64,000 nucleotides of DNA from Podarcis melisellensis (GCA_964234715.1 OZ174288.1), one strand, 5' to 3'; positions 47,878 to 62,409 are shown, counted from the stretch's first letter. Notes: generated from the letters alone by a model not told the origin. Translations and numbers: made by a program.

Positions 47878-50800
47878 CTGCAGGACAGAAGGGGAACAAG
47901 AAGCCTGCTTTAACATTGCTGAGAAAAGCTCTGCAAAGAGATGAGAGCTGGGTTCAGGAAGAACAGATCTATAAATAGGTACAGGATAACCCAGCTAAGC
48001 TGCAAGTCTCAAATACCGTTCAGTAATACAGGACTACTTTCCAGGCCATGTGCTCCAGGAAATTTGCTTCATCTAGTCAAAAGCATAATGCACAGAAATT
48101 CCAGGTGTGAGAGTTACACTGTCCAGAGGTTTCCCAAACTTTGTTATAATAGACCACTAAGTCTGCAAAAGTGTTGGAGATGATTAAATAAAAAATACAG
48201 TCTCACTGGAGGAATCTCACTCTTGCCTCCAAGGGCAAGAAACAGAGGTCAAAAGACCTTAACATTTCTAAGGTCTACTTTGACTCACAACATGGTTTTA
48301 CAGGTCCCAGAGAGAGACTAGAGAAGAAAAAGTAGTGGTGGTGGGAGAAACCACTTGCCTGCAGAACTGATACTGAAACACTATGCTTTTCTGGCTCATT
48401 GATTTCTTCCCACATTTATATCCTGACCTTTCCCCAAGGACCTCAGAGTGGCAAAACCACAGATTTGCCCCCATTGATCCTCACAACCACACTGCAAGTT
48501 TGGCTAGGCTGAGAGACAGGGCCAAGATTACACAGCAAGTTTAAAAACTGAAGAAGTAGTATCTGAGCCCAGTTCAAAACCAACAGTTAACCCACTGCTC
48601 CACACTGACTCTGGATGTTGTGTAAAGTGTCAAAGCAAACAGGGAAACAATTAAATGTTTGCTCAATCAAAACATATACCCAAGGTCATTTCACACATTA
48701 AGCTAGAGAAAACCAAGATTTGCCATGGAACGTGAAGTCACAGCTAACCTAATTTCCCTAGAAGTGTACTATAGGACATGTTTGCCATAGTCACACTTTA
48801 CACTTTTAAGGATGTGTGTAGACACACAAAGACTCGTATAATTCACCTGGGAGGTAAACTTCATATTTTAAACTTTAAACATTGCTTGCCTAACCCAGGA
48901 CTAGAGCGGAATATGCCAGCCTTAATAATGGTAATTTATTACTGGGTTTTCCTTCTAACTCATAAATCTTGTTCATTAAGATTGTCATACTTCTTCCATA
49001 CTTTCAAACACACCTATACAGTGGACTGTATTGAGATTGCCCATAACTGATTCAATTGGTTAAGGCAAACAACCCTATTTACAATGTTTAGCTAGCAAAA
49101 GAAGAGTGACTGAATGCACCATTTACTGCCTTTAACTAAAAATGGTCTGGGCAGAAGACCAGAACCACACTAAGTGAAAATTAGTGTGGCTCCTGTGTTG
49201 GGCTCAGGAAAAAAACAGGTCAAGCTCAGTCACGGGCCCACAGAGGTGGCCTTTCACAAGTCACAGAGCTGGTGAAGACCCTCAGTAGAATCTGCCCTTT
49301 ACATGCTCCCTCTCATAGGAAAGATCTCACCAATCTTAACCATGGTTAAAGATTGGCAGCTTTATTACCAGCTTTATAATCAGTGCTAACTGATATTTAT
49401 ACTTAATCAACATATAAAACCAGGTTTTGAAGCTGGTTAAAAATTCCAGTAACAGCAAACCACAATCAGTGCTAGCTATTACTAAAAACAAGTTTTCTGG
49501 AAATTTTAACCATTGTGAAGGTTGAGAGAGGAGGCAGGGGGGGGGAAAGGGTACATGCAACCCCACAGCCCAAGACCTTAGCCATGTATAAGAAAAAGCC
49601 ACATTATGTCTACACACCAACTCATTCTTTCAGCTCCCATTCCTCATCAATAAATTGGGAACAAGTCAACTTCCTATTGAACAGAATACACACACAGATA
49701 AGAACTATAAAGTTCCTTGCACACTAAAGCAGCAATAATAATTGGCTTCCCCCATCGTTTCTGAAGTATAAAGAACCTGTACCTGCTTGAGAACAAAAGC
49801 CTAGGGCTGTGTGTGCATGCTGGTGATGTTTTAATCGCAATCTACCCTCTGCCAAAAGAAAACCAACAGGTTAAGTAATATAGGTTCTAAGTAATTATAT
49901 GCCTGTCTCACTGCAGTTTGTGTGTTGATTTATTGTTTGCACAGGGCTGTGAAGATGAAAAACACCTAGAACAGTGCTGAGCATTATTCAAAGTATTGGG
50001 TTCAATGGCTTGCAAAATTCATGGGGACCAGAGGGGAGGCCACACAAAGACATGAAGTGGCAAAAATAAGATTTGCTAAGTATTTAACAAGCAATAATGG
50101 GAACTGCAGAAAACAGACACATAAACACATCTAAAGAATATCTCTGCATTAGGGTGTGGGGAGGACCAACCCATCCCATATAACTAAATACATCACTGCT
50201 TGAGTTAATCTAATTTGGGAGACCCAATGCTGCAACAACAATGGTAAAAGACAAATGGGGGATTTAACTAATAGAAACAAATAGTTAAGCACCTATTTTG
50301 CTTCCTTTTGTGGTTTTAACGCATAATTACTACGTTTCAAGTGTTAAAGTTAATTATGCCTGCAAGAGCATTTCTAGAACAAATAAACCGATCTATTATG
50401 AAGCAATTTACTCCTTCCTATTCTCTGAACCATTTCCTCCCTCCTTTCCTTCCCCCACACAAGCACTTACAACAGATTAGGAGAAAGGAGACAGATAGGG
50501 AAGCTCTCCAGTCCCATCCATGCAAGGGGCTCTTCTTATTTCCTAGACCCAAAAGAGCATCCACAAGAGGAACACACTTGATTGCTGCCACTGAAGTCCC
50601 CTCTTCAGACCAAGGCGGAAGCAGCAGCCAGCCCTCTGGTCTCTGTTACCACACACTCATCACTGATTACGAATCAAAGCGGTAACAAGCAGGCAGTACG
50701 GCAGGTCTTATTCGACTCTTCTCTACACCAGGACTGATTAAGAGCACCTGTGAGGTAAATAGATCACAGAGTTTGCTTATCCTGTATCCTCCAAGACGAG

Positions 50801-50989
50801 ATGTTCCCAAGTAGAGAGAGAGATGAGTGTGCCTTTCACAATGCATGCCAAGGGGGTGGGGCATCCCACTGGTCTAAAGCAGCTGCGTCCAGCCCCTAAA
50901 CCCAATCATCCAGCTTTGTCCAGGGCAGTTGTTAGCCAAAGCTGGGAGTCTGTATTTGCAGAGGCAAAACCAGTAGGATGAGCCAAGTA

Positions 50990-51206
50990 CAGTGGTACCT
51001 CGGGTTAAGTACTTAATTCGTTCCGGAGGTCCGTACATAACCTGAAACTGTTCTTAACCTGAAGCACCACTTTAGCTAATGGGGCCTCCTCCTGCTGCTG
51101 CGCCGCCGGAGCACGATTTCTGTTCTCATCCTGAAGCAAAGTTCTTAACCTGAAGCACTATTTCTGGGTCTGTAACCTGAAGCATATGTAACCCAAGGTA
51201 CCACTG
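50990..51206 (-). mobile_element. Tc1/mariner(pogo)-type MITE, copy 3 (opposite orientation)
   Basis: TA|CAGTGGTACCTCGGG...AAGGTACCACTG|TA; the interior is the reverse complement of copies 1 and 2. Confidence 0.88.
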
Positions 51207-51317
51207 TAAATATTTTGCCCAATCCCTTACTGTCCAAGGGTACCCATCTTTTCTACCTTAGGGACCAGGCACCACAAGGGCTTGCCCTGAGTGTGCCCTT
51301 TCGGTACCACAGCCAAT

Positions 51318-51845
51318 CAAGAACATAAGAGAATGAGAAAAACGTTGCTGGATCAGACCAGTGGCCACCCTGAAGCCTATGGGAAGCCTGCAAATAGAAT
51401 CTGAGTAAAACAGCACTCTCCCCTCCTGCAATTTCCAGCATCTGGTACTCGGAAGCATACTTCCTTGACACTGGAGGTAGAACATAGGCTTATCCTCTTT
51501 TAAAGCCATCCAAGTTACTGGCCATGACTGCATCTTGTGGGAACAAATTCAACCCTTTAATTAAGAAATACTTTCTTTTGTCCATACTGAATCTTCCAAC
51601 ATTCTTTTTTATTGGATGTCCACAAATATTAGAGTCATGAGAGAGGGAGAAAAATTTCCCTCTATCCAAGTTCTCCATGTCATACACAATTCTATACAGC
51701 TTTATAATGTCATATTTTACTCACCTTATCTCTAAAATAAAAAGCCACAAATGCTGTAACCTTTCCTCACAGGGGAGATGCTCTACCCCCTTGATCATTT
51801 TGGCTCCCCTTTTCTGAATTTTTTCCAATTCTACAATGTCCTTTA
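51318..51845 (-). mobile_element. CR1 LINE 3' fragment (ORF2 C-terminus plus 3' UTR)
   Basis: Minus-strand remnants KDIVELEKIQKRGAKMIKGVEHLPCEERLQHL and FFSLSH...GHP...GRFSMDKRKYF...PQDAVMASNLDGFKRG are typical of the CR1 ORF2 end; tail TTCTCTTATGTTCTT. Confidence 0.88.
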
Positions 51846-51922
51846 CAATATATACTACACAATGTTCCAAGTGCAGTCGATTCACTGTTCCAATTCCTGG
51901 AACAAATGTTAATTTTCCGTTT

Positions 51923-52699
51923 GGGGCATTCCACATCAAATCAATGCAAAAAACAAGGGTTTCGCCATCGTCTCGGATTTTGATGAAACTTGGTGTCCCC
52001 CCTGTATCTCAAATGGTTTTAATTTTATAGCACTTCAAAGTTAGGTGAAATCTGTGTTTCTGTCCCTCTTGTGATCCTTGGTCTTGTGTGCATTTTAATT
52101 TTTTTCTCCATAACCAATGATCAGATCTTTTTGAAATTTTACACAGAGCTCAATAACATGATGAGGATTTCAGGGAAAAATACAGCAGTACTCAAAAGAT
52201 TTTATAAATGCCTGAAAAAATGTATAAATGTAGTTTTTTTGGTGGAAAAATGAGGTTTAGAAAACCTAAATTTTCAGCATAAGGGCACGATGGAATCAAA
52301 AGTTTTTGATGGTGAAAATTATTGCAAAGACGTGCTCTTTCTCAACAAAGAATAAAATTCATGGGTCTCTTATGTCTTTTTTAAAAAAATTAAGTTTTTG
52401 GGACATATTGGGGGGGGGAATGGCTACTGGGTGCAACTTCCCTACAATCCATAGCTGTAATAGAAAAAATTAATGAAGTTGTTCATCTTAAAATCTAAAA
52501 TAATATTGGTTATTACAGGTTGTTGTTGTTCTCAAAAGTGCAGGCTTGTTTTTCAGTTTGAGGGTATTTAAAACTATGAAAATTGGCTATATCATGAGCT
52601 CTGTGTAAAATTTATTTCAACCATAAGGGAAGGGTGTACACCAAGTTTCATCAAAATCCAAGATGGTGGGTGGCACGTTGAACTGACGTGGAATGACCC
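51923..52699. mobile_element. Non-autonomous DNA transposon with GGG...CCC termini and a 4-bp TSD (Sola2-like)
   Basis: Left end GGGGCATTCCACATCA versus reverse-complemented right end GGGTCATTCCACGTCA. Subterminal inverted blocks GGATTTTGATGAAACTTGGTGT and AATTTTACACAGAGCTCA. GTTT is duplicated at 51919-51922 and 52700-52703. AT-rich interior with no transposase ORF. Confidence 0.75.
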
Positions 52700-53129
52700 G
52701 TTTGCATGCACAGAATGCCTTTCCTTCACTACTGACTGAGCAACAGCAGTCTGCCTCCACATATTTCAGAGAATTCAGAGAAGGACCAAATCTCAGTGGT
52801 AGAGCACCTGCTTTACACGCAGAAGGTCCCAAGTTCAATCTTCCAGGCATCTCTAGTTGGAAAAATCAGGTAGCAGATGCTTTCAGTGGAGAGTCATGTC
52901 CAGTCAAATGCAGAATTAATCTGACAGTTCCCAATATTCCCAAGGAACATGATTCCCAGAGCAAATGGCCTAGTTCCTTGGGTTTAATTTCCAGAACACG
53001 CCAACAAACATTTTCACTAAGGCAGCCCATGAAAAGGCCCACTGCAATAGTCAGGTTTCAAGAGGAGGTGATGGTTGCTCTGTTCAAGCAAGCAAGAAAA
53101 GTTTGCAACATTTACCAAGGGACAGAAAT

Positions 53130-53660
53130 ACCCTGAAATCATATGGACACAGTCATCCATGCTCTGATAACATCCAGGTTAAGTTACTACAATGCCCTTT
53201 ATGAGGACAAAATTCATAAATGCTGGTTCCAGTTTAAAAATCCCAAAACTGAAGGCCCACCTGCTCCTGGATAAGTCTGTTGTTGAAACCTCTGTGGAAT
53301 GCCCCGCCTTCTGAGATTAGGTGGGTGCTTACCAGGGATAGGGCCTTTTTGGTGGTGTCACCTCATCAATGGAACTCCCTCCTGAAATCCATTCAACTAC
53401 TGCCGACTTAATGGCTTTTATGAGCTAGGTGAAAACATTTATGTTTGCCCAGACACGTAATGGCTTCTAACCTGATTTACTGACTATTTTAGCTGCACTG
53501 CTGTTTTTAAGTCTGTTTGTATTTACTGTTAATAATGTTCAGTTTTTACATGATAGTTTTATTTGTAATATATTGCCGATTACAACATTATTAAAACAAT
53601 ATAATAATGTTGTAAACCACACAGTGATCCATGGTGAATGGTAGGGAGCATATTTTTTAG
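53130..53660 (+). mobile_element. L2 LINE 3' fragment
   Basis: ACAGTCATCCATGCTCTGATAACATCCAGGTTA encodes TVIHALITSRL (an L2 ORF2 motif); later ...GGGCCTTTTTGGTGGTG...TGGAACTCCCTCC. Confidence 0.72.
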
Positions 53661-54455
53661 AAGATAAAGTTAACCGCAATTGCAATAAGAATTTTTAGGT
53701 GATAGCTTGAAAGACCAGAGAGGAAGCTGAACTGGAGAACTTCAAAGCACACACACCCTTAGATGCCCTGCCAATTGCTAGTAGCACTTAAGGATTCTCT
53801 GAGGAACTGGATACTATATTCTCAAGAGGGGCGGGATTGTCAAAACTGCATTAACAACACTTACATTTCACAAACATTCTGGAGGAGTGGCAATCATCTT
53901 CAACACAGACAGAATCACAAAAGTGAAGTGTTTTGTATTCAAAAGCTGATCACCACCAAGGTCAGTTGAGTTAAAACTTTTGTTTAAACATAAAAAACAG
54001 CAAGCTCTCAAGCACAGAGGAGGTAAATAAAAGGCTCCTGAAACTTCTACAAGCACCAACTCACCAGCCACAGGTTTAACTAGAACTGTTACAAGTGACT
54101 GCAAAGAGACACTGCAGAAATAATTCCAGGGCAGTGTCCAAAGCAGATTGGATCATGGACGTACAGAACATATGAAAATAAGAAAACACACTCAGTTTCC
54201 TTGCTTGGAATGAGAACCACATGATTGATGAATCCTGCCTTCTATTTAGAAAGTAGAGCAGGAGGTCTTAGCTATCGCCTTGTTATTCAACCTAGAGGTC
54301 TGATGAAGTCTTATGAATCCTGTATCCTGTACTTTGAGCTAATGCTGAGAACTTGTGATGATTTCTTGAATAAAGCTTTCAGATTTCCTCAAGCTAAGAG
54401 CCTGAGGACTGCATCTGATACTAAGCAGGACTGTTCCTGCTTATGTTGTGTTTCT

Positions 54456-54665
54456 GAGGAAGGACCATAGCTCAATGGTAGAGAATCTGCCTTGAGTGCA
54501 GGAAATCCCAGGTTCAGTCCGTGATGACTAAGGAGAGGGTTGGGAGAAACTCCTGCATAAAAACCCTGCTGCCAGTCAGAGTAGGTAATACTGAGCTCAG
54601 TGAACCAATGGTCTGACTGGTATACAGTGGCTTCCTATATTTCTATTCTATTCTATTTCTATTCT
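54456..54665 (+). mobile_element. tRNA-derived SINE of the same family with an (ATTCT)n tail
   Basis: CATAGCTCAATGGTAGAG...GGTTCAGTCC...GGTCTGACTGGTATACAGTGGCTTCCTATAT followed by TTCTA repeats. Confidence 0.75.
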
Positions 54666-57600
54666 GAACCAACTTGCAATAAAACAAAAAAGGAAATTCT
54701 TATTAACACCTATAGAAAAACACTTTTGCTACCAATTTAGAAGCTGGAAGTTCATTATGAGAGCTAAGCAAGCCGCCAGTGATTAAACAGAATCCAATAC
54801 ATAATTTCAACAACAAAATAAATAAATACTGTAGAAGCCTGTGCTCTACTAAGCCAATTAACATTATTCCAATGAGGGACATCAGGGCACCTCATATTTT
54901 CCAGTTTATTAGCCAACTGTGCAGGGATTTTCTTATTTTAGTGTGCTGTTAACGAAAGTGTGTGTGGGCTGGCATAGTTTGGCTCATTAGCTACCCGGCA
55001 ACAATTTAAGCAGCTCCCACACATGCACACACACATGCACAAAGAGGAGGAGGAGGAAATAAAACCACCCATGGCCATGCTATTTAGCAGGGGTTCCCCC
55101 CTGCAGCTCAAGGATTACATTCAGCCCTTGGCCTAATTTCATGCAGGTGGAGGAAGCCTGGAGGAGAGAAGCAAGGGAGTAAAATAGAGGGAAGAGCCAA
55201 AACGGACGGACTGATGGTGGGGAAGAAGCTCTCTGCAAGTGACCAAAAAACTGGCAAGAATGGGGGGAAATGGTGGGGAGGAAAAGCCCTCAGCAAGTGA
55301 TCAGTTCAGATCTCTGACAAGAGTGAACTGTCCCTTGAAAAGAGAGGTAGAGAGAAAAGAAGGCGTTAGAAAGGAAAAGTGGCAGCCTGCACACTTTTAG
55401 CTCTGGTGTGACTATCTGCCAGAATACAGCCTGCATTAGAAAATTGGTTCCCTACCCTACACCGTCTCTACAGGGATTTCATAAGCTAGAAATCTCAACT
55501 TCTGGAGTTTTTTGCTCCTGTCCCTTATGACACACCTTCACTGTTTCACCTGGTCGCAGAAGAAGCAGCCATTAAATCATCTCCATAGCTACAAATGTTT
55601 CTTAAGTTGTTGAAACCAGATGCATTATATGATTGAAAGCTTTAATCTATGCAGTGGGGGTGTGCTATTAAATGCTACCAAGGCTTGACAGGAGAAGTCT
55701 TGTTAGGAGAAATCTTTGTACAAAAGAAAGCAACTAGGCCCTGCGTACTATGCTACTGCAGTCTTTAAGATCCATCTCAGGCTGTAACCCTATACATACC
55801 TGCAAAGATGTTGGTCCCACTGAAATGAACAGACATATACAGGATGGCACCATCGAAGTCCTACTTTGACCATATAACTCACATAGGTTCATGAGTTCAT
55901 CAAAACCATAAATTAAATTACATGACACCTAATGCCCAGGTGGCTTCCACTTCCACTGAACCACGATCGAACCCTGCATTCAAATGCAGCAATGATCTGT
56001 GATCAAGCCAGCAACTTTGAACCACAAACCATGTTTGAAATAGGCTAGCAAGCCAGTATTTATGTGAGGTATGGTTGAATGTATAGTTTTATACAATATC
56101 TGGACTGAAAATAGTTATGGCAGCTACTCCACTTTGTTCATTTCTTCATATTGTTGTCAAACCGATAACCCTGAAGACAGGCAAGCCTACTCAGTTCCTT
56201 GATGCAGTTCGGTCTTGGTGCACTTCTCCTGCAATAACAGCACAGCTCTCATCTGCTACAACTGGGTGCTGATTGGGTAAGCTACAGACCTCCCCATCTG
56301 AGGCTGTGCCAGTCTGTTCAGAGCAGCATTGTTGCTATTGCACATTCACAGCCAAGAGATAAACATGACTAAGAGCCAGGCACAGTCTCCCTACAATATC
56401 TGCTGCACTGAGTTGCCCATGATTCAGCATTCAGGAACTCTGTACCCTGCCAAGAGCAGCCAGGGCAAAAACACAAGTAACAAGCCAACAAACAATGAAG
56501 CCAAGTATCAGTGAATCTGACTCCAGATTTGGCCTTGTAATGTTAAGGGATATCTATGACTACTACACCTTTTATTTATTTTTTACACAAGATACTGCAG
56601 TAGGAAATCAGTTTTCCTCACTGTAGTTATTTTACTTCTTTTGTTTGTTTTATTACTTTTTAGCACATTGTTTTATTCTGGACTGTAATACAATTTGTTT
56701 TTTTAATAAAATAAAAAGTACGAATGAAAGGCAAACCTTCACTTGCAGCAAATACAGCTTCTCTCTAAAGAAGGCAAGTTAGAGTTTCCACTTTTCACTG
56801 AGGTAGTAACACTCTCTCTGGGCTACACCGTTTCAGACTGAATATCCTCTGTACTGTACACAGAAAGCTAGCATGCTATGGAGAAAGATTTGGCATGCTG
56901 GCTTTCTATTTGCAGGAGTATTTATGAATGCTGGAGCAGTCAGTCATGCGACAACACACACCCCGTCCAGTCTAAAGTGATCCAGCCCAGACGCAAGGTT
57001 ACTATCTCAGTGAGAACTATGCCTCAAATACAGACTAGACTAGAGAGACAGACCAGGGTCTAAATTCCAACTAGACCAGGAAACTAAGTAGCCTTGGGCT
57101 GGCATCTGTTTCTCAAGATAGCCTACCTCAAGCAGTTGTTTGTGAGGTTAAAATGGAAACTTCGGCTGCTTGAAAAAAGGGTGGACCAAAATGTGATAAA
57201 TCATAAAAGTGATACTTTGGACCATGACCCCAAGCTAGGGAAGGACAAAGTATTGTACAAAACTAGGGAAATATTTCATTGCTGAGGAGCTACAGATGAA
57301 ACAGACATGCAGAAATTCAAATCTGTTGTTTTTCCCCTTTCTCACTTAAATTCACCCACAAGAGTAAAAGTAAATTAAATCTAACTTGCTAAATTCAGTA
57401 ATGCTATGCTTTTTCCAAGTCTCCAGAATGCAATATGATCTATCATCAGAAATGGTTCATCTCAGGTGCACTCGTGATCAGCATTCATAGTGCTGAAGTT
57501 TAGAGGGCAACATGACCATACATTATTAAGGAAGATAAGGAAAGCCAACATAGCAGTAAAAGGTGTGTCTTGTTCTAAAGCAGCACGGTGTTGCCAAAAA

Positions 57601-58117
57601 GTCTGTTTATGAAGTTATGTATGAGGAAATAGCTTGGGGCACCAGCTATACAAACAGGCAGTCTAAGAAGAAACAAACAGGCTTCTCATTCGCAACACGA
57701 GCCAGTTTATGGAAGAGTAATACACCAAATTCTCTTGGGAAGGGTGAACAAGGAACAGATACTAGTCTAGATGTAAAGCAGCAGTGGCTGCATCAACACA
57801 TGCAGCAGAATGAGGCGAGACTGAGGCAGCAGAATGGGCAGCACCAATTCTGACTGAAAGTTTCTTTAATGCTGGCCTGTGTTCGTTTTGTTAAAAATCT
57901 TTGCAAGTATGAAGCTAACACAGCAGGGAGAAAGATTCTAACCACCCCTTTGCACACTTTACTTGTTTTCTAGGCACAGGGTGTTTGTAATGTAGGAAAA
58001 CATTCAGACAAGTCATTCCCTTAATTGCAGTCTTAAGTGGCACAGCCCATCCTTCCACTTTATCCTGCTGCATGTCTACATGGGAATTTGTCATCATCTC
58101 TTTATACTTCCAACAAT

Positions 58118-58144
58118 CACACACACACACACACACACACACAC
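58118..58144. repeat. (CA)n microsatellite
   Basis: CA dinucleotide run. Confidence 0.95.
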
Positions 58145-61052
58145 CAACTGCAATTTAAATATCACATGCGGATATTTATTGCACATATGTGCTGCTCTTC
58201 TTTGAGGACAGACGTGGCACATAGAAAGGTATTTCGTATCCCACAACCATGGAACACTCACTCTTTAGAAATTCATTGAGCCCAATTAGCTTTCAGAACC
58301 AGCTCAAGATATATTTTGGGGGAAATGTAAATGAATGAAATACATGGAAGGCAAATATATTTTCCCCCAAAGGAATCCTTCACATTCCTAGGGTTAGGCT
58401 ACACATACACACACCCAGCCTCACAGAGCCAAAATCTCCAGTCTCCATTAAAATCCTCACACAGCAGATGATCTCATAAGATCAGGCATTATTCTTCCTC
58501 AGAATTTGTTATCAAAGGGTCTTTGGAGAACTCAAAACTACAAATCTGACAGTAGTTTGTTTTGTCTATTTGCAAGGAAAATGCCAAGATTCATATGAGC
58601 CATGCTGCCCATCATAATTATTGTAAAACTCCTCTACATCCTTTAAAAAGCACATATGCGTTACTTTTGCCTCAACGTACGTATGAAGTAGGAAATGAAT
58701 ATCCCAATTTTACATACATAGTAGTGAGACTGAGAATAACTGATCCGGAATTGAACCCACTTCTTTCAGGATTACTTACTGGACCACACTGGTTCACAGC
58801 TCTGTTTATGTCCATATGTTGTTTACAAAGCTATACTCTGTTCAAGACAGAAGGATGCCACCAACAACGACTTGTTTTACAATACACTTTATGAGGTAGT
58901 TAATATAATAAAAAAACCTCGTTTCTGATACCAGTGTTTCAATATTGCTGTCATCTCCCAACTCAAATCGTTCACTATGTTATAATTTCCACCTTGCTGT
59001 CCTAGATTTCAGACGGTTGATATCTCTGAGAGGGCCGGTCTCAAGCTGGCACAGAGGTAAGGTTAACTTTAGACAGAGGAAGGTGACAATTTAATTAAGA
59101 ACTACCATATGCATACAAAATGGAACAGAAGGCTCCACCTACCACAAGCATACCATCTCTCACAAAAGCAAGAGAAGGCTTTTCATATTGGTAATCTCTC
59201 TCACACATAGACAGAGAGAAATCCTAAGTACTATGGGCTGAATACAAAATAGAGGACTGTTACTTCATTAAAACTCAAACAGTGTATTACAAAAATAAAG
59301 ACAATAGCGTAAAAAAAAAATCCCAAATACATCTCCCAAAACAACCAAATGCAACTGAAACCACACCTCCTTCCAGGATAAGGGTCATATTCAAAGCAGG
59401 ATCGTATAAGGGCTCTAGGAAGGTACCGGTAATTACAACTCATAAGGGTCATAGATAGGGAGCCACAGGTTCTTCTTGGCAAAGCAAGTTACTTTCCAAC
59501 AAGTCACAACATGAAAACAGGATTGATAGTATGTAGAAGCCCAATCAGTGATACCAACAACAGAGACTGGTTAGTGAGCAAACTGTTACCACCACCAATT
59601 AGTAGCAGTGCTGGGTGTGAGCAGAAGAGAAAGTGAACACCTGTGAGAGGGAAGAACATCACCAGGAGGCAAACTAGTCAGTTCCATGGGAATTCATTTA
59701 GCAGTAGTACAGGCTTTGCAACCATGGGCCCAGCAACCAACTTCTCCCTTTCTATACTAGATTTTCACACATCTTCATCCAAGACTAGATGGCAAGTTCC
59801 TACAGAAAACCACTTCCCCACAGGCATCAAACAAATAAAACCAGTTAGTGCCCAGCATACTCGATTAGTTCCTGGTTCACTTGTGAATCGGATTCAGAAA
59901 GCTCTGGAAGACTCTGCTTGCTTCTGTGATAGCCAAGATGAGCAGATTACAGGTGGATGGTTGCAAAATGAAGGACAAAGAGCCCTAGATTCCAACTAGT
60001 GACTGGTGGCATGAAAACTCACTTCAATGGAAGACAAACCTCATCCTAGCAAAACAACACTTACTACTCTGCGAAGCAAAGGAAGAAGAAAATCCAAATT
60101 GTCCAGAACAGTACAAGATCAAAGTGAATGAGGTCTCTACAGCTCAAGCCACTGGGGTTTGTTAGGGGTGGGGTGGGGCAAAGGGGTCAACCCATTATGC
60201 TGTGGAAGAACCAAATTTGACTCTCAGTGGCATAAACCACATCAGTCTATATCCAATTAGTCCCTCTGCTACTCTTCTTTGTATCAGACTACCCCTAAGT
60301 ATTCCTCCCACATGCTGGCAGGTAAAGCAGCAAATGGAACCTCAGATTCCTCCCTTTTATGGCCAGCCACTTAAAACTTATCCAATTCAATGATGCTTGC
60401 CTGAGCTGGTTGACCCAAGGTCTTATATGCTCCCATAGCAACACTCTGGTGCACAGCTAAGGTCACCTAACAGCAAATTGTGGTGAAAGGCAAGCAGAAC
60501 ACAGCACACATATACAGGAGGTAGATATCGGAGAAAGTGAGAAATAATTCCACAAAACCACCCATTCTTTGCACTGTAATGACACGTCTAATACAAATGG
60601 GCTTTGAATTCTGGCTGACTTTGATATTCTTTGGGGCAATGAAGTCTGGTCTTAACTAGAAAGTAGTAAAGGACATCCCGATTATATTTTATAATAATAT
60701 TAATTTATTACTTATACCCTGCACATCTGGCTGGGTTCCCCCAGCCACTCTGAAAAGCTTTGGCTAATGCTGCTTACAGCAGGCTTGCCTTTAGTCATCA
60801 GCCTTATCCAAACTTCTGTATCTACTATGCAGTTCCTCCCACTACATCATCTACATATTTTCAATTAACCCAAGCTTGTTTTATTATGCCATCATTTTAA
60901 AATGGTTCAATAAAAAGCATCCTCTTATCTTTTTTGCATGTCTCACTCTAGGTATACCAACAACCACAACCAAATTAGAGATCTGCTGCTTGAGATACCC
61001 TAAATATGAACTTTTTGTCTTCTTGGATCTCTTTTTCAAAAGTCATCATGTA

Positions 61053-61267
61053 CAGTGGTACCTCGGGTTAAGTACTTAATTCATTCCGGAGGTCTGTTCT
61101 TAACCTGAAACTGTTCTTAACCTGAAGCACCACTTCAGCTAATGGGGCCTTCTGCTGCCAGAGCACAATTTCTGTTCTCATCCTGAAGCAACGTTCTTAA
61201 CCCGAGGCACTATTTCTGAGTTAGTGGAATCTGTAACCTGAAGCGTATGTAACCCGAGGTACCACTG
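61053..61267 (-). mobile_element. Tc1/mariner(pogo)-type MITE, copy 4 (opposite orientation)
   Basis: TA|CAGTGGTACCTCGGG...CCCGAGGTACCACTG|TA. Confidence 0.88.
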
Positions 61268-62409
61268 TATATAAAATATGGGTGCAGAGTTGTGTAACCA
61301 ATGCAATTAATGGCAAACATCAGATTATATGCCATGAGACTCAGAAAGGTTCATGCAAAACACAGTTATGTCTAAACCTTGATCTAGATATTATTCGTGG
61401 AGTCCAAAGAGAAGAAAAGTACTGGAAATTCAAGGTGATACAAAACAGGCCTTTCTCTCATCCCAAATTCATTATTCAGATTCATTTTTTTAAACAATTG
61501 CGACCAACCCTCACCCAGAAGGTCTTAGTAGGTACAGCCATTTTACAAGGAGCATAATCTCAAAGTAGCCCCATGCTAACACAACTCCGAACAATCATCC
61601 ACATCGCGAAACATATGTTTCCCTACAAGCAACTGCTTCATTTGAAAAGTTCATTAGTAACAATGAATGGATGCCAACTGCAAAATAGAAAGTTTGACCA
61701 TTTCAAAATGTTTAGTTTTGTTTACTAAACAAATATTTCCAAGCAATTTGGATGTTTGGATGTTTTCATGAATGTGTGCACTGTTATGTAAACTTTCACC
61801 TAATGTATGCAGTATCTAGTTGAGACACCTGTACTGCAGGGCCCTCAGGGGTCCCTTCCAACTCTACTATTCTATGACTCTGTGCTAAACTAGATCACTC
61901 TACAGGGTGTCACAAAAATGTTCAATGTAAATTGATTTTTTTGGGATGCAAATTACCGAAATTTCCACAGGGTTCCCCCACCCGAAAACCCACATTCCTG
62001 GCAGCTTCCTACAGAATGACAACGATGTGTGGGTGTGGGTGCATTTGTGAGAGAAAGTGCCAAGGCCAGCAGGAAGAACAGCTGGCTCCTTCATCAATGA
62101 GCCACAGGGCTGCTAGTTCTTAGAACCGCCACTATGGCAGAATACTTCATTTCATCTGGAGCATGCCTTCTGTCCCTTCCCAAGAGTTCAGGAGGACAAT
62201 ATATAGCAGGTGTGGGTTTTCCTTGTCACCGCCACATTGTTCACTTTTCATAAATGTCTTCTCAAAGATTGAAAAAGAACAGAACTACAGTCCTAAAATT
62301 CAGCAACTCCCAGTAATTGAAGGCTTGATATCAAGTGAGTGAGTTAGTGAGTGGTGAATGTGTAAATCCATTTTAGAAGAAAACCACATTTGTGGCTTTT
62401 TGAAGAATA

